Source: Octopus sinensis
Lineage: Eukaryota
DNA: 64,000 bases
Assembly (NCBI RefSeq): GCF_006345805.1
Contig: NC_043000.1
Location: 34,100,001 to 34,164,000 of the forward strand
Reading direction: 5' to 3'
Below, piece after piece: positions 12,541 through 26,007 of this stretch (the stretch's first letter is position 1; each line of letters opens with the position of its first letter). Both the position numbers and the translations under genes were made by a program. The notes under the pieces are model-generated. The model made no database searches, had not been told where the DNA came from, and saw only the letters and a program-made list of their open reading frames with translations.

Positions 12541-13300
12541 GTCATTTTATCGATTTTCTTTAGCGAACCCGTAAGTCATTTTATCGATCATTTTTGGCGA
12601 ACCGCTAAATCATCTTATCGATCTAGTTTGGTGAACCCCTAAGTCATTTTATCGATCACTTTTGTCGAACCGCTAAGTCATGTTATCGATCACTTGTCGA
12701 ACCGCTAGGTCATTTTATCGATCACTTTTGTCGAACCGCTAAGTCATTTTATCGATCTCGTTTTGCGAATCGCCAAATCATTAATCGATCACGGTTGGCG
12801 AAACTTAAAGGCATTTTATCCATCTAGTTTGGTGAACCGCTAAGTCGTTTTATCGATCTAGTTTGGCGAACCGCTAAGTCATTTTATAGATCTCGTTACC
12901 CGGACCGCTAATTCATTTTATCGATCTAGTTTGGTGAACCGCTAGGTCATTTCATCGATCTAGGTTGGTGAACCCCTAAGTTATTTTATCGATTACGGTT
13001 GGCGAAACGCAAAGGCATTTTATCGATCTTGTTTGTCGAACCGCTATGTCATTTTATCGAACTCATTTGTCGAACCGCTAAGTCATTTTATCGATCACGT
13101 TTGTCGAACCGCTAAGTCATTTTATCGATCTTCTTTAGCGAACCGCTAAGTCATTTTATCGATCTCGTTTTGCGAACCGCCAAGTCATTAATCGATCACG
13201 GTTGGCGAAACGCAAAGGCATTTTATAGATCTAGTTTGTCGAACCGCTAAGTCACTTTATCGATCATGTTTGGCGCAATGCTAAGTCATTTTATCGACCG
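12541..13300. repeat. 34-bp minisatellite, roughly 22-23 units
   Basis: Consensus gtcattttatcgatctagtttggcgaaccgctaa. Unit starts at 12541, 12575, 12609 and onward. Confidence 0.95.
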
Positions 13301-13321
13301 CTCCTAAATTTTCTGTGTTTT

Positions 13322-13831
13322 CTTGCTTTGCTATTTCTTGTTTGTCTCATCTTTTAGTATGACCTTCTAACCCTTACCCACCATACGTGTCCTTTTGGCC
13401 TTGAGACTATTCTTCGCTTGTCTCTTATTCATTTCCACTTTCTCCTTCGTCTTAGATTATATTTATTCACTTTCGCATGTTCACTCTGTATCGCTTGTTA
13501 TCCATGTTTTCTTCGCTCTCGGCCCTATATTCTCCGGGCCCCTCCAGCATGAGAAGCCCCTCACTCTTATTAATGGTTCGAAACTGAGTAAAACCATTTG
13601 GTTGATAACTGATGAAGAATTAGGGACCTTCTGTGTCTGTCTCCCGTCCGTTCGTGCACTCAATATACGTTATACATTTAAAACATTTTTCGTTTGTGCA
13701 TTCACAATACATTGTTTCAATTATTAAGTAGCGGAGCGCAACTCACCCTGGTTTACATAAGGACACGAATGGTGGGTAAGGGTTAGAAGGTCATACTAAA
13801 GGATGAGAAAAACAAGAAATAGCAAAGCAAG
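13322..13831. mobile_element. Element bounded by about 73-bp inverted repeats (MITE-like or inverted PLE pLTR)
   Basis: 13322-13394 is the near-perfect reverse complement of 13759-13831. Confidence 0.7.
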
Positions 13832-14090
13832 TACAAGTGTGTGTTTGTGTGTATGTGAGTGCTTTTTGCAAATATGTTCGAACTGTCATTTCTCAATTTC
13901 ATTACTCGTGTTTTAAGCTGACTTGTCTTTGTAAAGAAATGAGAATGTGTTTGTGTATGTGTTTGTATGTGAATGTGTGAGTGTGTGTGTGTGAGTGTGT
14001 GTGTGTGTGTGTTTGTGTGACCTGTGTTAAATGTATATGTGCATATAGATTCAGAGAGAACTAGGGAAACAGGGACAGTGATAGTGATAT

Positions 14091-14122
<32 letters not shown>

Positions 14123-14218
14123 ATAAATTCAAGGTGAATACTTGATAAATGTAAGCACCTGTATATGCCAGCTAGTAGCAAAGATGAGAGGATATATGTA
14201 TCAAATGAAATAAAAAAC

Positions 14219-14310
14219 AGAACACAAAGGATGTCGCGGTACACATTGATGTAAGAATAAGTTGTTTTATAAAGCTCGAAACATGTGTACCGCGACATCC
14301 TTTGTGTTCT
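14219..14310. repeat. Perfect 27-bp inverted repeat with 38-nt loop
   Basis: agaacacaaaggatgtcgcggtacaca / tgtgtaccgcgacatcctttgtgttct. Confidence 0.9.
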
Positions 14311-14343
14311 ATTTCAATTGATATATGTATATATATATGTATA

Positions 14344-14434
<91 letters not shown>

Positions 14435-14793
14435 ATAGCTAGATAGATAGATACATGCAGAGTGAGTAGGAGATGGAGAGAAATTTAAGAGAAACATTTT
14501 ATGCAATAAACTTCAATGAAATGATTTCATTTTTTTCCCTCTTGTCTTTCAATGAATGGGCGTCTAATTAATTACTCTTTATTAAGCTATCACTAAGTCT
14601 AATTAACTGTTTTAGTGTTCTCCATTTCCAATTCATTAGTTCTCCACTTTATTCTAATGTATCTTTATCTACCCTGATCATTAAAACACACTGGGAATCT
14701 TTAGGAGAATTATTTTCCTTTTATTGATTTCTTTTTGAACTGTTCCGCTACTTCTGTGTTTCTAATACGTTTGTGTGTGTGTGTGTGTGTGTT

Positions 14794-14876
<83 letters not shown>

Positions 14877-14882
14877 CCTATC

Positions 14883-14941
<59 letters not shown>

Positions 14942-14945
14942 TTAT

Positions 14946-15019
<74 letters not shown>

Positions 15020-15211
15020 GAGGAGTGATTGGTGGATAGATATTCTTTATTTGTGGGTTAAAAAGGAGACCAATTGTTTCTTGTATAGAGACCGTCACTC
15101 GTCTCCAGTTTGGATGGAAATCCAAAATGGAGACGAATGACAACATTTTCATGAAACGTTTGGACAAATATGAAAATCTCTCCTTGAAATCATTGGTTAC
15201 CTGATTAACTC

Positions 15212-15254
<43 letters not shown>

Positions 15255-15256
<2 letters not shown>

Positions 15257-15422
15257 TACGACGGGCTTTTTTCAGTTTCCGTCTACCAAATCCACTCACA
15301 AGGCTTTGGTCGGCCCGAGGCTCTAGTAGAAGACACTTGCCCAAGATGCCACGCAGTGGGACTGAACCCGGAACCATGTAGTTGGTTAGCAAGCTACTTA
15401 CCTACCACACAGCCACTCCTGC

Positions 15423-15425
<3 letters not shown>
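15255..15425 (-). mobile_element. 5' half of CORE-like SINE
   Basis: Reverse complement of ggcgcaggagtggctgtg...gaaactgaaaaaagcccgtcgtat. Confidence 0.85.
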
Positions 15426-15486
<61 letters not shown>

Positions 15487-16028
15487 ATACTTAATTTGAG
15501 ACACTTCGTTAGGTCGGAGTAATTTACACACACAACAATATTATGTAAATATCAACTTTGGTACAGAAGTACCGGCAGAATGATATTCTTGAAGTGCATG
15601 AAGACAATTTTACCCAGTTGAGTATATAATCCGCTTTTAAGCTATTCAGACATTTACATTTTATTAAGAATACAGTCCATAACATACTTTGGTGAATAAC
15701 ATATAAATAAGTAACAACTGTAGGACAGGTGTCAATTCATTCCGGTTGTTTCTAACGACTCCTTTAATTTATTAATGAATATATTATACCATTATAAAGA
15801 AACCGTTTTCCTCAGATGAATACATGAACTTTACAACTAAAGAAATTCCAAATGATTTAACATGTTTTAAATGCCACTGAGCCAAACATTTTCTCTGATT
15901 CTGCTACTATTTCAATTGACAGAAATGGTTTCTTTATGGTGATGTAATTTATTCATTAACTAATTAAAGGATTCGTTAAAACAACCGTAATGAATGACAC
16001 TTGTCCTGCAATTGTTACTTATATATAC

Positions 16029-16107
<79 letters not shown>

Positions 16108-16365
16108 ATTTCGGGATGGTCATTTTAATTTTAACTTTTACTTTTAATTTTTGCCAAATAAACACACGTACTATATTTTTTCTTCTTCACTTTGCTCAGA
16201 GAATGAAGTAAATGGAGCAAGAGCACTTACAGAAACGAAAAGTGCCGCTGAAGAGGTCTCACATGTGGCGAAATATTTCCGGACAATGGACAGGCGTTAA
16301 AGTAATAAAAGAAAAGGAGTAATAAACGAGTGAAGAAAAAATATAGAACGCGTGTTTATTTAGCA

Positions 16366-16596
<231 letters not shown>

Positions 16597-17187
16597 TGGA
16601 ACATCACCATTAAAACTGACAGAAACATAGATGCAAATAGGCCAGACATCATATTGAAAGACTTCAAACAAAGAACATGCCTCCTCATTGATATGACTGT
16701 CCCAATCGATATAAACGTATCTGTCAAGACCTACCAAAATCTGAGCAAATATAAAGATCTTGAAATAGAAATCAGCAAAATGTGGAAGCTGAAGACTAAA
16801 ACAATACCTGTTGTCATAGGTGCCCTGGGAATGATAGCAAAAGGGGCTGATAGCTACCTAACTCAGATGCCAGGAAACCCAAAAATGGCAGAAATTCAAA
16901 AGATAGTGCTCATGGGAACTGCTCATATCCTACGCAAAATACTTTCTATGTAATCTCAAGGTTTAAAACAAACATAATTTTCGGTTTAAAAAAAAACAAA
17001 AAACAAAAAAAAACATTTTTTTTAGACATTCATTAGTACAACACCCCCACCCCCCAAATATATGGCACACTAGGCATAACAACAACATGAACTTCCAACC
17101 CTGTTGTCTCTTGAGGTCTCTGGGTGAGACTTGGAGCCAACTTGTACAAATATAAAGCAAAAGTCAAACATAGAATAATAATAATAG
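16597..17187 (+). mobile_element. 5'-truncated R4/Dong-clade retrotransposon (REL endonuclease end plus 3' UTR)
   Basis: WNITIKTDRNIDANRPDII...IDMTVP...KYKDLEIEISKMWKLKTKTIPVVIGALG...QKIVLMGTAHILRKILS* carries the PD-(D/E)xK REL motif. Flanked by TAA repeats on both sides. Confidence 0.9.
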
Positions 17188-17828
17188 TTAAATAAATAAA
17201 TAAAATGACCATCTCGAAACACAACAATATCTGTTTCAACACACGGTTTCACATCAGGAATCTTGCAAAATTAATTGATATATATATATATACATAGTTA
17301 CAAAGTGCTAAAGGAGTTTACTACGACCCTAATTGTAACCCCGAATTGTAAGTCGTCCAGAGAAATAAATCGTAAGAGAAGAATAGAAGCAATATAAATG
17401 CTTAAAACAATATGTTTGGTTTTAAGGAGTAGAAGTTTAGTAGGTTACAGATGAAGGATAGAGAAAAACGTACTAAACTGCATGAAAACAGACGTATAGT
17501 CTGTCTGTGCAGCTTTGCTAAATATTTCTTTGTGATAAAATCTTTTTAGTGATTTACTGAAATTCAAATGCACAAGATGGTGATGAACACAGAATAATAA
17601 GTGGCTTCTAAATTGTTTCTATTATGATGACATTAAGGCGGCGGGCAGGTAGAACCATTAACCTCGCCAGATAAAATACTTTGCGGCTTTTCGTCTGTCT
17701 TTACATTCTGTTGAAATTCCGGTGAGGATGTCGATGAAATAAGTACATTTCAAGCATCGTAATCGACGTGTCCTCTCCCCAACAAATCTCAGCGCTTTTG
17801 TATTTAGCAGAAAAGATTATGAACTTAC

Positions 17829-18006
17829 CAAGAAACTTTTTCAATATCTTTGTCATGCCGTATTTGTATTCGTACTTCGGGGAAAGCGACTTTTACTTTC
17901 TTACAAAAATGCTCAAAGGAAATATGGCGCTGATTCAAAAAGAAGTTTAGCACTCGAAATCGGTCCATATTTTTCCTATAAAACGAAAAGGATTCGCAGA
18001 TTTCGT
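17829..18006 (-). CDS. Internal coding exon of host gene (DEICESFSFYRKNMDRFRVLNFF...HDKDIEKVSW)
   Basis: Acceptor tgtttattcag, donor TG|gtaagt, 178 nt, phase 1 to 2. Compatible with the exon starting at 10443. Confidence 0.85.
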
Positions 18007-18039
18007 CTGAATAAACATAATTTTTGTTCAGTTCTAAGC

Positions 18040-18172
18040 CTAGTATACCCATCATGACTACCCGTCTGATAAGGGTATACCAGGCACATGCATCACAATC
18101 ACATAACACTTCCAATCAGTTAAGATCAGAAGCCATGAGAGCCACTGTCTGGTACTGCTTCAGGGCATTATT
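18040..18172. mobile_element. Internally deleted copy of the repeat at 31760-32325
   Basis: Joins the left end (agtatacccatcatgactacccgtctgataagggta) and right end (cagttaagatcagaagccatgagagcc...cagggc) of that element. Followed by TAA/TTA repeats. Confidence 0.8.
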
Positions 18173-18187
18173 ATAATAATAATAATA

Positions 18188-18225
<38 letters not shown>

Positions 18226-19401
18226 CATTATTGATTTTTAGCGCTTTACTAATTGATATTCTTTTTTATTATTTAATATTTTCGAACTTAGCATTTTTGC
18301 ATGTCAAATTAATATTTAGAGCTTAGCATTTTGCGTGTAGTGTTTCTATATTAAAATCTTTTTCTTTTTTTTAATTTTAGAATGGAATATTTAGTATTTC
18401 TAGTTTGTATTTTAATATCAGCTCTTTCATTCATCATCATCATCATTATAATCGTCATCGTCGTCGTCGTCGTCGTGATTATCATCTTCTTCATCATCAC
18501 CACCCCCATTTCAAACCCCAGTCCTTACCATCACGCCACCATCATTACCAATATTATTGTATACATTTATTGGCAATTATTATTAGTATGAATGTAATTA
18601 AACTAATATATATATACACATACACTCCTACATACACGCGCATACACACTTACACACTTGTCCACACTCACACACGCACGCGTGCGCCGATACATATTTA
18701 AATAAAACAATATATAACCAAAATTGTGTCTCTCAAGTGAATCATATAAAACTGATAGCGAAAACAAAAAAAATGAACGCAAACTAATTCGATAAATAGC
18801 CTCGTTGTCAACTGAACGTCACAAGTTAATGAATTTCGTTGTGAAGAGATTGAAAACGAAAACAAAAAGGAAACCATTCTTATTCAACGAAAGCATAAAA
18901 TGAAAACCAATAAATTGAATAGTTTGGTGTCAATAACAATCAGGTGATAAACTGATACAATATTTTTTAACGAAAAGCCAAAAGGTAAATTGATTTTACA
19001 GTGACAGATCGACTGTTAATTAATATCGTTACTGGAAATGAATACCTCAATAATTTTGGAAGAAAACCACACAAAAATAACATTACAAAAGAGACTTTAC
19101 AGAATTTAATAACTTTAAGTCAATTCTGTAACATTTAAGTTGTAATAATTGTATAAAAAATGTACATTAGTCACTAAACATATAAATATTTATATCAGTT
19201 CTCAGACCATTAGACAACTATCAGATTAAAAGAAGATAAAAAAAAAGGACAATTGAATTACCGAAAATAGACAAAATAAAAAAATGCAGACAAAATAACG
19301 AAAAAGAAATTTGGAAATTAATTAGAAAAGTATTTCGAAATAATCAGAGGGGAAAAAAACAGTAAATCTATTTGTGATTTGGAGTTGCGTTCCCTGCCTA
19401 C

Positions 19402-19439
19402 CTTGATTAGATTTCAGTTTAGATTTAATGAATTCTTCT
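19402..19439 (-). CDS. Candidate small exon of host gene (EEFIKSKLKSNQ)
   Basis: 38 nt, phase 2 to 1, donor G|gtaggc. It bridges exons 27630-27699 and 17829-18006 in frame. The acceptor (gtgaag) is weak. Confidence 0.45.
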
Positions 19440-19544
19440 CTTCACAATGTGGTGAGAGGTTTTAGTAATTATATCTTCATGACTCGCCACATCAAGTTTG
19501 TTAGTAACAAGTTTACCAGTATTTTTAATGCGAAGTGTGTGTGT

Positions 19545-19755
19545 GTGTGTGTCAGTGCTTTTCCCCCACCAAGGCTTGACAGCTGATGTTGGTGTGTCTA
19601 CGTTCCTGTAACTTAGCAGTTCACCAAACAAAATAGACAGAATAAGTACCAGGCTTTAAAAAATGTACTGGAGTCGATTCATTCGACAACAAAAATCGTC
19701 GAGGCGGTGCCCCAGAATGGCCACAGTCTAATGAGTGAAACAACTAAAAGATAAA
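19545..19755 (+). mobile_element. 3' part of CORE-like SINE
   Basis: gcttgacagctgatgttggtgtg...ggcggtgccccagaatggccacagtc tail. Confidence 0.75.
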
Positions 19756-20409
19756 AGCTATACAGGTACCTACCTTTCTATAGTCTTAATTGCATATTCT
19801 GTGTCTTTTGCTTGTTTTGCTCTCACTTGATTCCACCCAAGAACCATCCGGTCAACTAAAGTTTCTTTTGCTGGGGAGCAAACTGTTGATCCGTGTTTAG
19901 GCATCCAACTATGAAAAACCAAAATCGGAATCTCTACTAAGTAAATTTATCTTATAAAAATCCAATCCTAATGTCTTCGAATCCCCCTTCCGCTTTTTTG
20001 CCCTCGTGGGTCACTAACGATAGCCATCATGTATTTCTCTTCAGTCTTTTGGCACTTGAGAATTTTTGTGATTATTACTTAACTCTTGCTTTTCGTTAGT
20101 TACAAATTTTTATGATTTATTAAATTCAGTGCTGCATGTAGAAGCCATAATACGAATCACTAATCTGGTTCTGATTCTGGCCAGTGCAGTGATCTCATGT
20201 TCACCATTAATTTACCTGACAACAGTCCTGAACGTCACCACATCACGCTCTCATTCCCCGTAAATATCAGACCTAAACTAAGTGTTTGACAATATTCATA
20301 GGCACTTTTTGCTATCTGAGTCCTAGCAAGCACATCACTGGTGAAAAGTGACCAATCCAAGAGACACGACTTGTTCGAGATTCTTGGCCTGTTAGTCTCT
20401 TTCTTATGA

Positions 20410-20650
20410 CTTTCTTATCTGTTTCTTTACTGCCCACAAGGGGCTAAACATAGAGGGGACAAACAAGGACAGACAAACGGATTAAGTCGATTACATCGAC
20501 CCCAGTACGTAACTGGTACTTTATTTATCGACCCCGAAAGAATGAAAGGCAAAGTCGACCTCGGCGGAATTTGAACTCAGAACCTAACGGCAGACAAAAT
20601 ACGGCTACGCATTTCGCCCGGCGTGCTAACGTTTCTTATTTCTTTATTGC
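20410..20650 (-). mobile_element. Meta-like tRNA SINE, near complete
   Basis: Minus strand aaacgttagcacgccgggcg...ttcaaattccgccgaggtcgactttgcctttcattctttcggggtcgataaat...gtgggcagtaaagaaac. Confidence 0.85.
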
Positions 20651-21164
20651 TCACAAGGAGTTAAACATAGCTCGCCGCCTTTCGATAAATTATGGTTTTT
20701 TTTTTACATCTCTGAGATCCATAGAACGAATGTGGCATCTTCAGGTTTCCAGTCGCAAAGAGCCTAAATTACAACTTCCTATTCAACAATGTTCTTCCGT
20801 CTAGATGCTATGGAGGAAGAGGTTGTGTGGTGGAAGAGGCTGAAAGGAAAGACGTCTTCGTCTTCGGTTAAGCTTTCATCGATATTTTAAGTTCTAGTTG
20901 GAAAGGAAAGTACTATTTCCCAGTGAACCTGTGAAAAGATGGGTGACTGTGGCAAAAATGGTTGAGATGAATCGCCCTACTCTAAAGCATGACTGAGAAC
21001 AGCAGTTAGGCGAGGATCCAATGGGGCTCAAGGTAATCATGGATCTGTGAGGATCCTTGTTTGGCCCTTTTAGGAGGTTTTCTTGCATCAGTAGGATTGC
21101 ATCATTCACGTGTTCACATACTACTTTGTATACTTTCATCTCATTTCGCCATCATTTCTCTTAT

Positions 21165-23430
21165 TTTTCCTTCACAGTGAGCGATGTCATGGCCGGTACG
21201 AATAGCAATGGAGATAAGCTATCACGTTTGATTATTCCACGTCTGATGTTCACTTTTCCGAGTTTTTGCTTTCCTCTGATGAAGTCAGTATTCCAATGTT
21301 TCATGCTTTCATTAAGCATTTTCTCCATAGTTTTTGCTACCCCAAACATGCTCATTGTTTTACTTATCCAACTGTGAGGTCCCATGTCATATGCTCTTTT
21401 GTAATTTAGACATGTTATATTCAGCCCCGTCAATCTCCGTCTACAATTTCTAATTATCATTTTAGCAACTATTAAGTGATCCTTGGTTGCCCTCTTCTGC
21501 TTCCTGCATCCTTTCTGTTCATCTGGAAGTAGATTGTTACTTTCCGGGTGGTTGTATAACTCTTCCGCCAAGACACCCATCATAGACTTCCACATTAGTG
21601 GTAAACAGGTTATAAGTCCAAAATTAAATGCTAAGTTTCCTTTCAAGGGATCCTTGAGGCATAGGAGCGTTTGTCCACTTGTTATCCAAGCTGGGACATG
21701 AGCTTGCAGCAGGCAGTCATTCAGTGCGCAGCGACCCTTTCATGCAACTGTGTAAAATTCTTCAGCCAATAGCCTCGTAGACCATCCGGGCCTAGTGCTT
21801 ACCAATTTGCTATTTTTTTAACCTTCATCTCACTGTATGTAGATTAATTCTGATGTCATTTTGTCTTTGTACAGTTGCAAGTTGTCTTTCCACCCTTCTT
21901 AGCTACTCCGCGGTTTCTTTACGTCTCACTGGCCTGTTCCACAGACTTCCCCAAAAGTTCTTTACTTTCTTCCGCTTCTGAAATCAGTTCCTGGTGTTGG
22001 CCTCCCTCTATTTCCTCGAACAGACGCCTTCTATTTGATAGGAATCGTCTATTCTGTTTGAAACCTTTACATTTAGCATCGTATCTTTTTAATTTGGCCT
22101 TTAATGCTGTCACCTTTTGTGTCAATTCTTCATTTACTGTTGTTTGTTTCTTCTAACCTGTACTGTCCATTCAATTTTCTGATTACTACCTTATTCTTGA
22201 GCTCTCCGTTCGTTCATTATCCTGTTCAATTGCCCCTGTTCTTTCAGTGTCTTTTCCAGCTTCATTCGTATTCTCTTCCTCCAGTTTGGTTCTTTCTTTT
22301 CATTTACCTTTAAAGCTTCAGCTTTTCGCTTGCAGCCTATTATGCTTAACTACGACATTATCAGCAGCTATGAATAGCTGGCTTGTCTCGCTTATGTTTT
22401 CTGTTTTAATCATGATCAAAACGTCATTTACTTTGCCTGTGGCTTTCCTTACTTGTTTTCTGTCCATATCTCTTACATTTGGTGGTTTTCATTGTTCACG
22501 TCAGTCATTTTACCTCGCAACATTTCTAAAATCTCTTTCTCTTCCTCATTCAAGTCTTGTGCACTACTTAATGCCATTTTTCCATCGAGATCGTCTTCAT
22601 TAGTTACTTTATCAATATTCTCTGGTACTCTGCGTTTCCATCTGCTTCATGTTCTTCACCTCTTACCCTTTCATTACCGCTTTCTGTTGCTGCTGTTTCA
22701 CCCTCCTTCTGCTCATTTTTTTGTTGTTTCTCTGGTTTTCTTCAGTCTCTACACCTGTAATCCAGTGTTCCTTTGGATTGCTCTTACTTGACCAATCAGT
22801 CGCTATGCGAATGCTTCAAAACCTCTCTTTTCATTCCATATTCTCTTCATTCCATTCATGAAGCCTCTTTTATTTGACTCACTTCTCAGCCAGCTTTCTA
22901 TTACTATTTTGTTTACTTCTTTTTCCCATTTCCTTATTTACTCTTTTACTCTTTTGGCTGTGGTTTTGGTCCTGATCAATAGTTTGATGACGACCTGCCG
23001 GAGCTTGATCAGATATTCCCTGCCTGCACTGTGCAACATCTTCACTGTTAACAGTTCCAGTCCTGTTAGCACAGTTGTGGTTATTATTTAATTTTTGCAT
23101 CACACATTTAGAAGTAGCATTTGTAAGGTTGTGCAATCACCAGTATTTTTATCGTGACACCATCACGATGGTGGATTGCTAGCCTAGGCTCCGAAAGTCT
23201 ACGTCTACCCTCGTGTACAATCGTTCAGTCCATTGTCTTATATCTTTGTATTTCATATTTTCACTCCTGAGAATTTTGGTGTTGAGGTGGAACATTCATC
23301 GGTGTGTTTTTTATTGAGTTACCGTCTCTAGAGGGGTTACCAACCAAGGCTGAAGGGACCTCCTTCAATGAGTCAGGCTTAACCCCACCACATACCAACC
23401 TCGTATTTCTAGGTCTCAGGGTGAAATAAT
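21165..23430 (-). mobile_element. R4/Dong element copy B: 5' UTR, N-terminal region and RT start, degraded, 3' part lost
   Basis: APAGRHQT N-terminal motif; LKAKLKRYDAKCKGFKQNRRF; ITCLPLMWK...EQKGCRKQKRATKDHL...NYKRAYDMGPHSWI...RRGIIKRDSLSPLLF. Many frameshifts. Confidence 0.85.
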
Positions 23431-23444
23431 AATATATATTATTA

Positions 23445-25985
23445 TTATGTCCCTTTATCACAGGTTTTATTGGAGTCTTGCATGCGTAGTGGGTTTGCTA
23501 CCTGCAGCCTACGGTACCATGCTATCCGTTCTTTTCAGCTATTTAATACTTTCCTGATTATTCTGGCCGAGCCAAGGAGGCAAACCTTTTGTAACAGTTC
23601 TACTGGGTACTCTATTCCAATTTCTTGCTATGATGTCATAACATCTCTTATATTCTTTCTGGGCTAGTGGCGTACATTGGCTGGTAATATGCCATACGGT
23701 TTCACCATTTTGTCCACAAATTCTGCACTTATCACTTTCTGCTGTGTTGTCTATTATGTATTTGATGTAATTGGTTCTAAATGCTTGCTCTTGGGCAGCA
23801 CAGATTAGAGCCTCCGTTTCCGGTTTTAAATCACTATTAGTCATCCATAGCCATCTTGTTTTTCTCTGTCTGTCTTATCTTCAACATCCCTATGAAATTG
23901 TCCATGCATTCTTTTCTTTATCCACTTATTTTTAGTTGATACATACAGCTTGTCTGTCACTATTTGAACGGAGTATCCCATATCTGTCAGCAGCCTCCTT
24001 GTCTTTCTGTCTAAGCTGTTTAGTTCGACTATCGTCCATGCCATTACTCCTGCTCCATATCTAAGGAATGAAACCGCCCAGGTGTTGATAGCTTCAATCT
24101 TATTCCATCCGTTTAATTTTTACTTAAGGATCAGTCTCAGTCTGCGCAAGTACTCCACTTTAAAATTTTGTCATTTCTTTCTCCATCAATTTACCTATTT
24201 CTAATATTCCAAATTACTTATAGCCCACCTCTTATATCTGCTTCATAGCCTCCCCTGACCGTATCGCTAACCCGTCGGTACATTTAATTGTGCCTCTCTT
24301 CAAGACTAACACACTACACTTATTCAGTCCAAACTCCATTCTGATATCAGCACTGAACGTATACACCGTATCAACGAGGGAACTGACCTGGGATTCCTTT
24401 TTGCCATAAAGTTTGAGGTCATCCATGAATAACAAGTGGTCGACTCTTGAATACATAACCAGCCATTGCTTTCCTCAGAATCAGTGTTAGTAGTATGATG
24501 CATTGTAAAAAGATCAGTGGGCACAGGCAGTCCCCTTGGAAGATGCCTTTCCTGATTTCTACTGTCCCTAAACTTCATGCGTATGCTGTCAGGTGGTCCT
24601 CCAATTCGCCATACTTTTTCCAAGCAATCGCTCAACATTCGATGCAATACCAAATAGGTTCATACATTCCATAATCCAAGAGTGTGGGATCATATCGTAC
24701 GCCTTACGATAATCGATCCATGACATAGCTAAGTTAGTGTTTTTTCTCTTGTAGTCTGTATGTACAGTTTGTCTACCAGGAGTTAATACTTGGTACCTCT
24801 GCACTTATGCTTGCAACCTTTCTGCTCACGTGGCAGGACTCCATTTTTTTCCAGATGTCCGTACATTGACTGCGACTATTCCAGTCAATAATTTCCACAT
24901 AAGTGGATATCGGCCTGTAATTGCCCACCGTATTGCCTTTTTCGATGTTTTTTAAGCACAACACTATCCTACCCAATGTCAACCACTCTGATGTTACTTG
25001 GTTGGCATTTAACAAGGTGTTGAGGTGCGCAGCTATTCGTACATGACATTCACTGAATCTTTTGATCCAGTAGACTTGAACTCCATCTGGTCCCGGGGCC
25101 TTCCAGTTGCCTATTTTTTTGCTGATTTCCTTCACTTCCCTAACTAAAATGATGAGTTCTGCCTGTTTTGGACAGATTACTGTTTGTTTCAGTTCTTACA
25201 ACCATCCAGCATCATTCTTGTGCTCCTTGTCTTTCCTCCAGATGTCACTCCAAAACCTTTGACTTTCAATGTTATCCGGTATCAACTTTTCATCTCTACA
25301 CTCTCTATTTATTTCTTTGTAGAATCTCTTCTGATTAACTCTGAATAACCTATTCTGCTGGTATGCCTTCATTCTTTGGTCGTATCTTACCATCTTTGCT
25401 TTCGTTGAAACTAGGCGCTGTTTCAGTTCCTCCATTGCCACTTTCAGGCCCTTTCTTTCAATATCATACTTCCTGTTCAGTGCCCTTTATTTTTGTTCGC
25501 CTTTAAGCTCCCCTTTCTCTTTTCGGTCTAACACAGATTTCCTTCGAGAACATATCTAACCTTGCCTGGATTCTTCTATTCCACCATGGATCTTTTCTTT
25601 TGTCACTCCCATTATATTTCTTTTTCTTGACATCAACACCCACATTTTCTGATACAACAATACTTGCTGCCTTGATCAAATTCTTTGTTTCTGTGATGTT
25701 CTTTGTTCAGATGTATTTCAGAATTTCCTTCACATTTTTCGTTTCTTGGTTCAATATCCATTGATCAACCTTTTTAAGGTTGCAAATAATGTCGCTATTA
25801 TTCTCCTGTAGCCTTGCATTTATTCTGTCGTAGATTGCCTTTTGCCCATCTGTCATGTCACCATTAGCTTTATTGTCTTCTTCCAAAGCATCAATATGTC
25901 TCTCATCGAACAAGCTGTCAATGTTCCTTTCCTGTGGTTTATTAGAGATTTCAACTCTGTTTTCTGCCACGAGATTACTTTTTAT
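23445..25985 (-). mobile_element. R4/Dong element copy A: RT, CCHC finger, partial REL, 3' UTR; pseudogenised
   Basis: WKAPGPDGVQVYWIK; WIDYRKAYDMIPHSWI; HLLFMDDLKLYGK; CRICGQNGETVWHITSQC. Ends in a TAA repeat at about 23445 and starts after a (TGA)n tract. Confidence 0.9.
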
Positions 25986-26007
25986 CATCATCATCATCAT
26001 CATCATC

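Noticed and set aside
12541-13300. CRISPR-like repeat/spacer array
   Set aside because: The variable part is only 8-9 bp and recurs between units, the context is eukaryotic, and there are no cas genes. It is a minisatellite.
16200-16300. Plus-strand mini-exon ENEVNGARALTETKSAAEEV...
   Set aside because: Strong acceptor but only about 33 codons, no donor and no other support.
23300-23430. HDV-like ribozyme at the 5' end of Dong copy B
   Set aside because: A 7-bp helix (ggggtta/taacccc) and a hairpin exist on the minus strand, but I could not place P3/P1.1, the J1/4 GG or the catalytic C. Not supportable without a covariance search.
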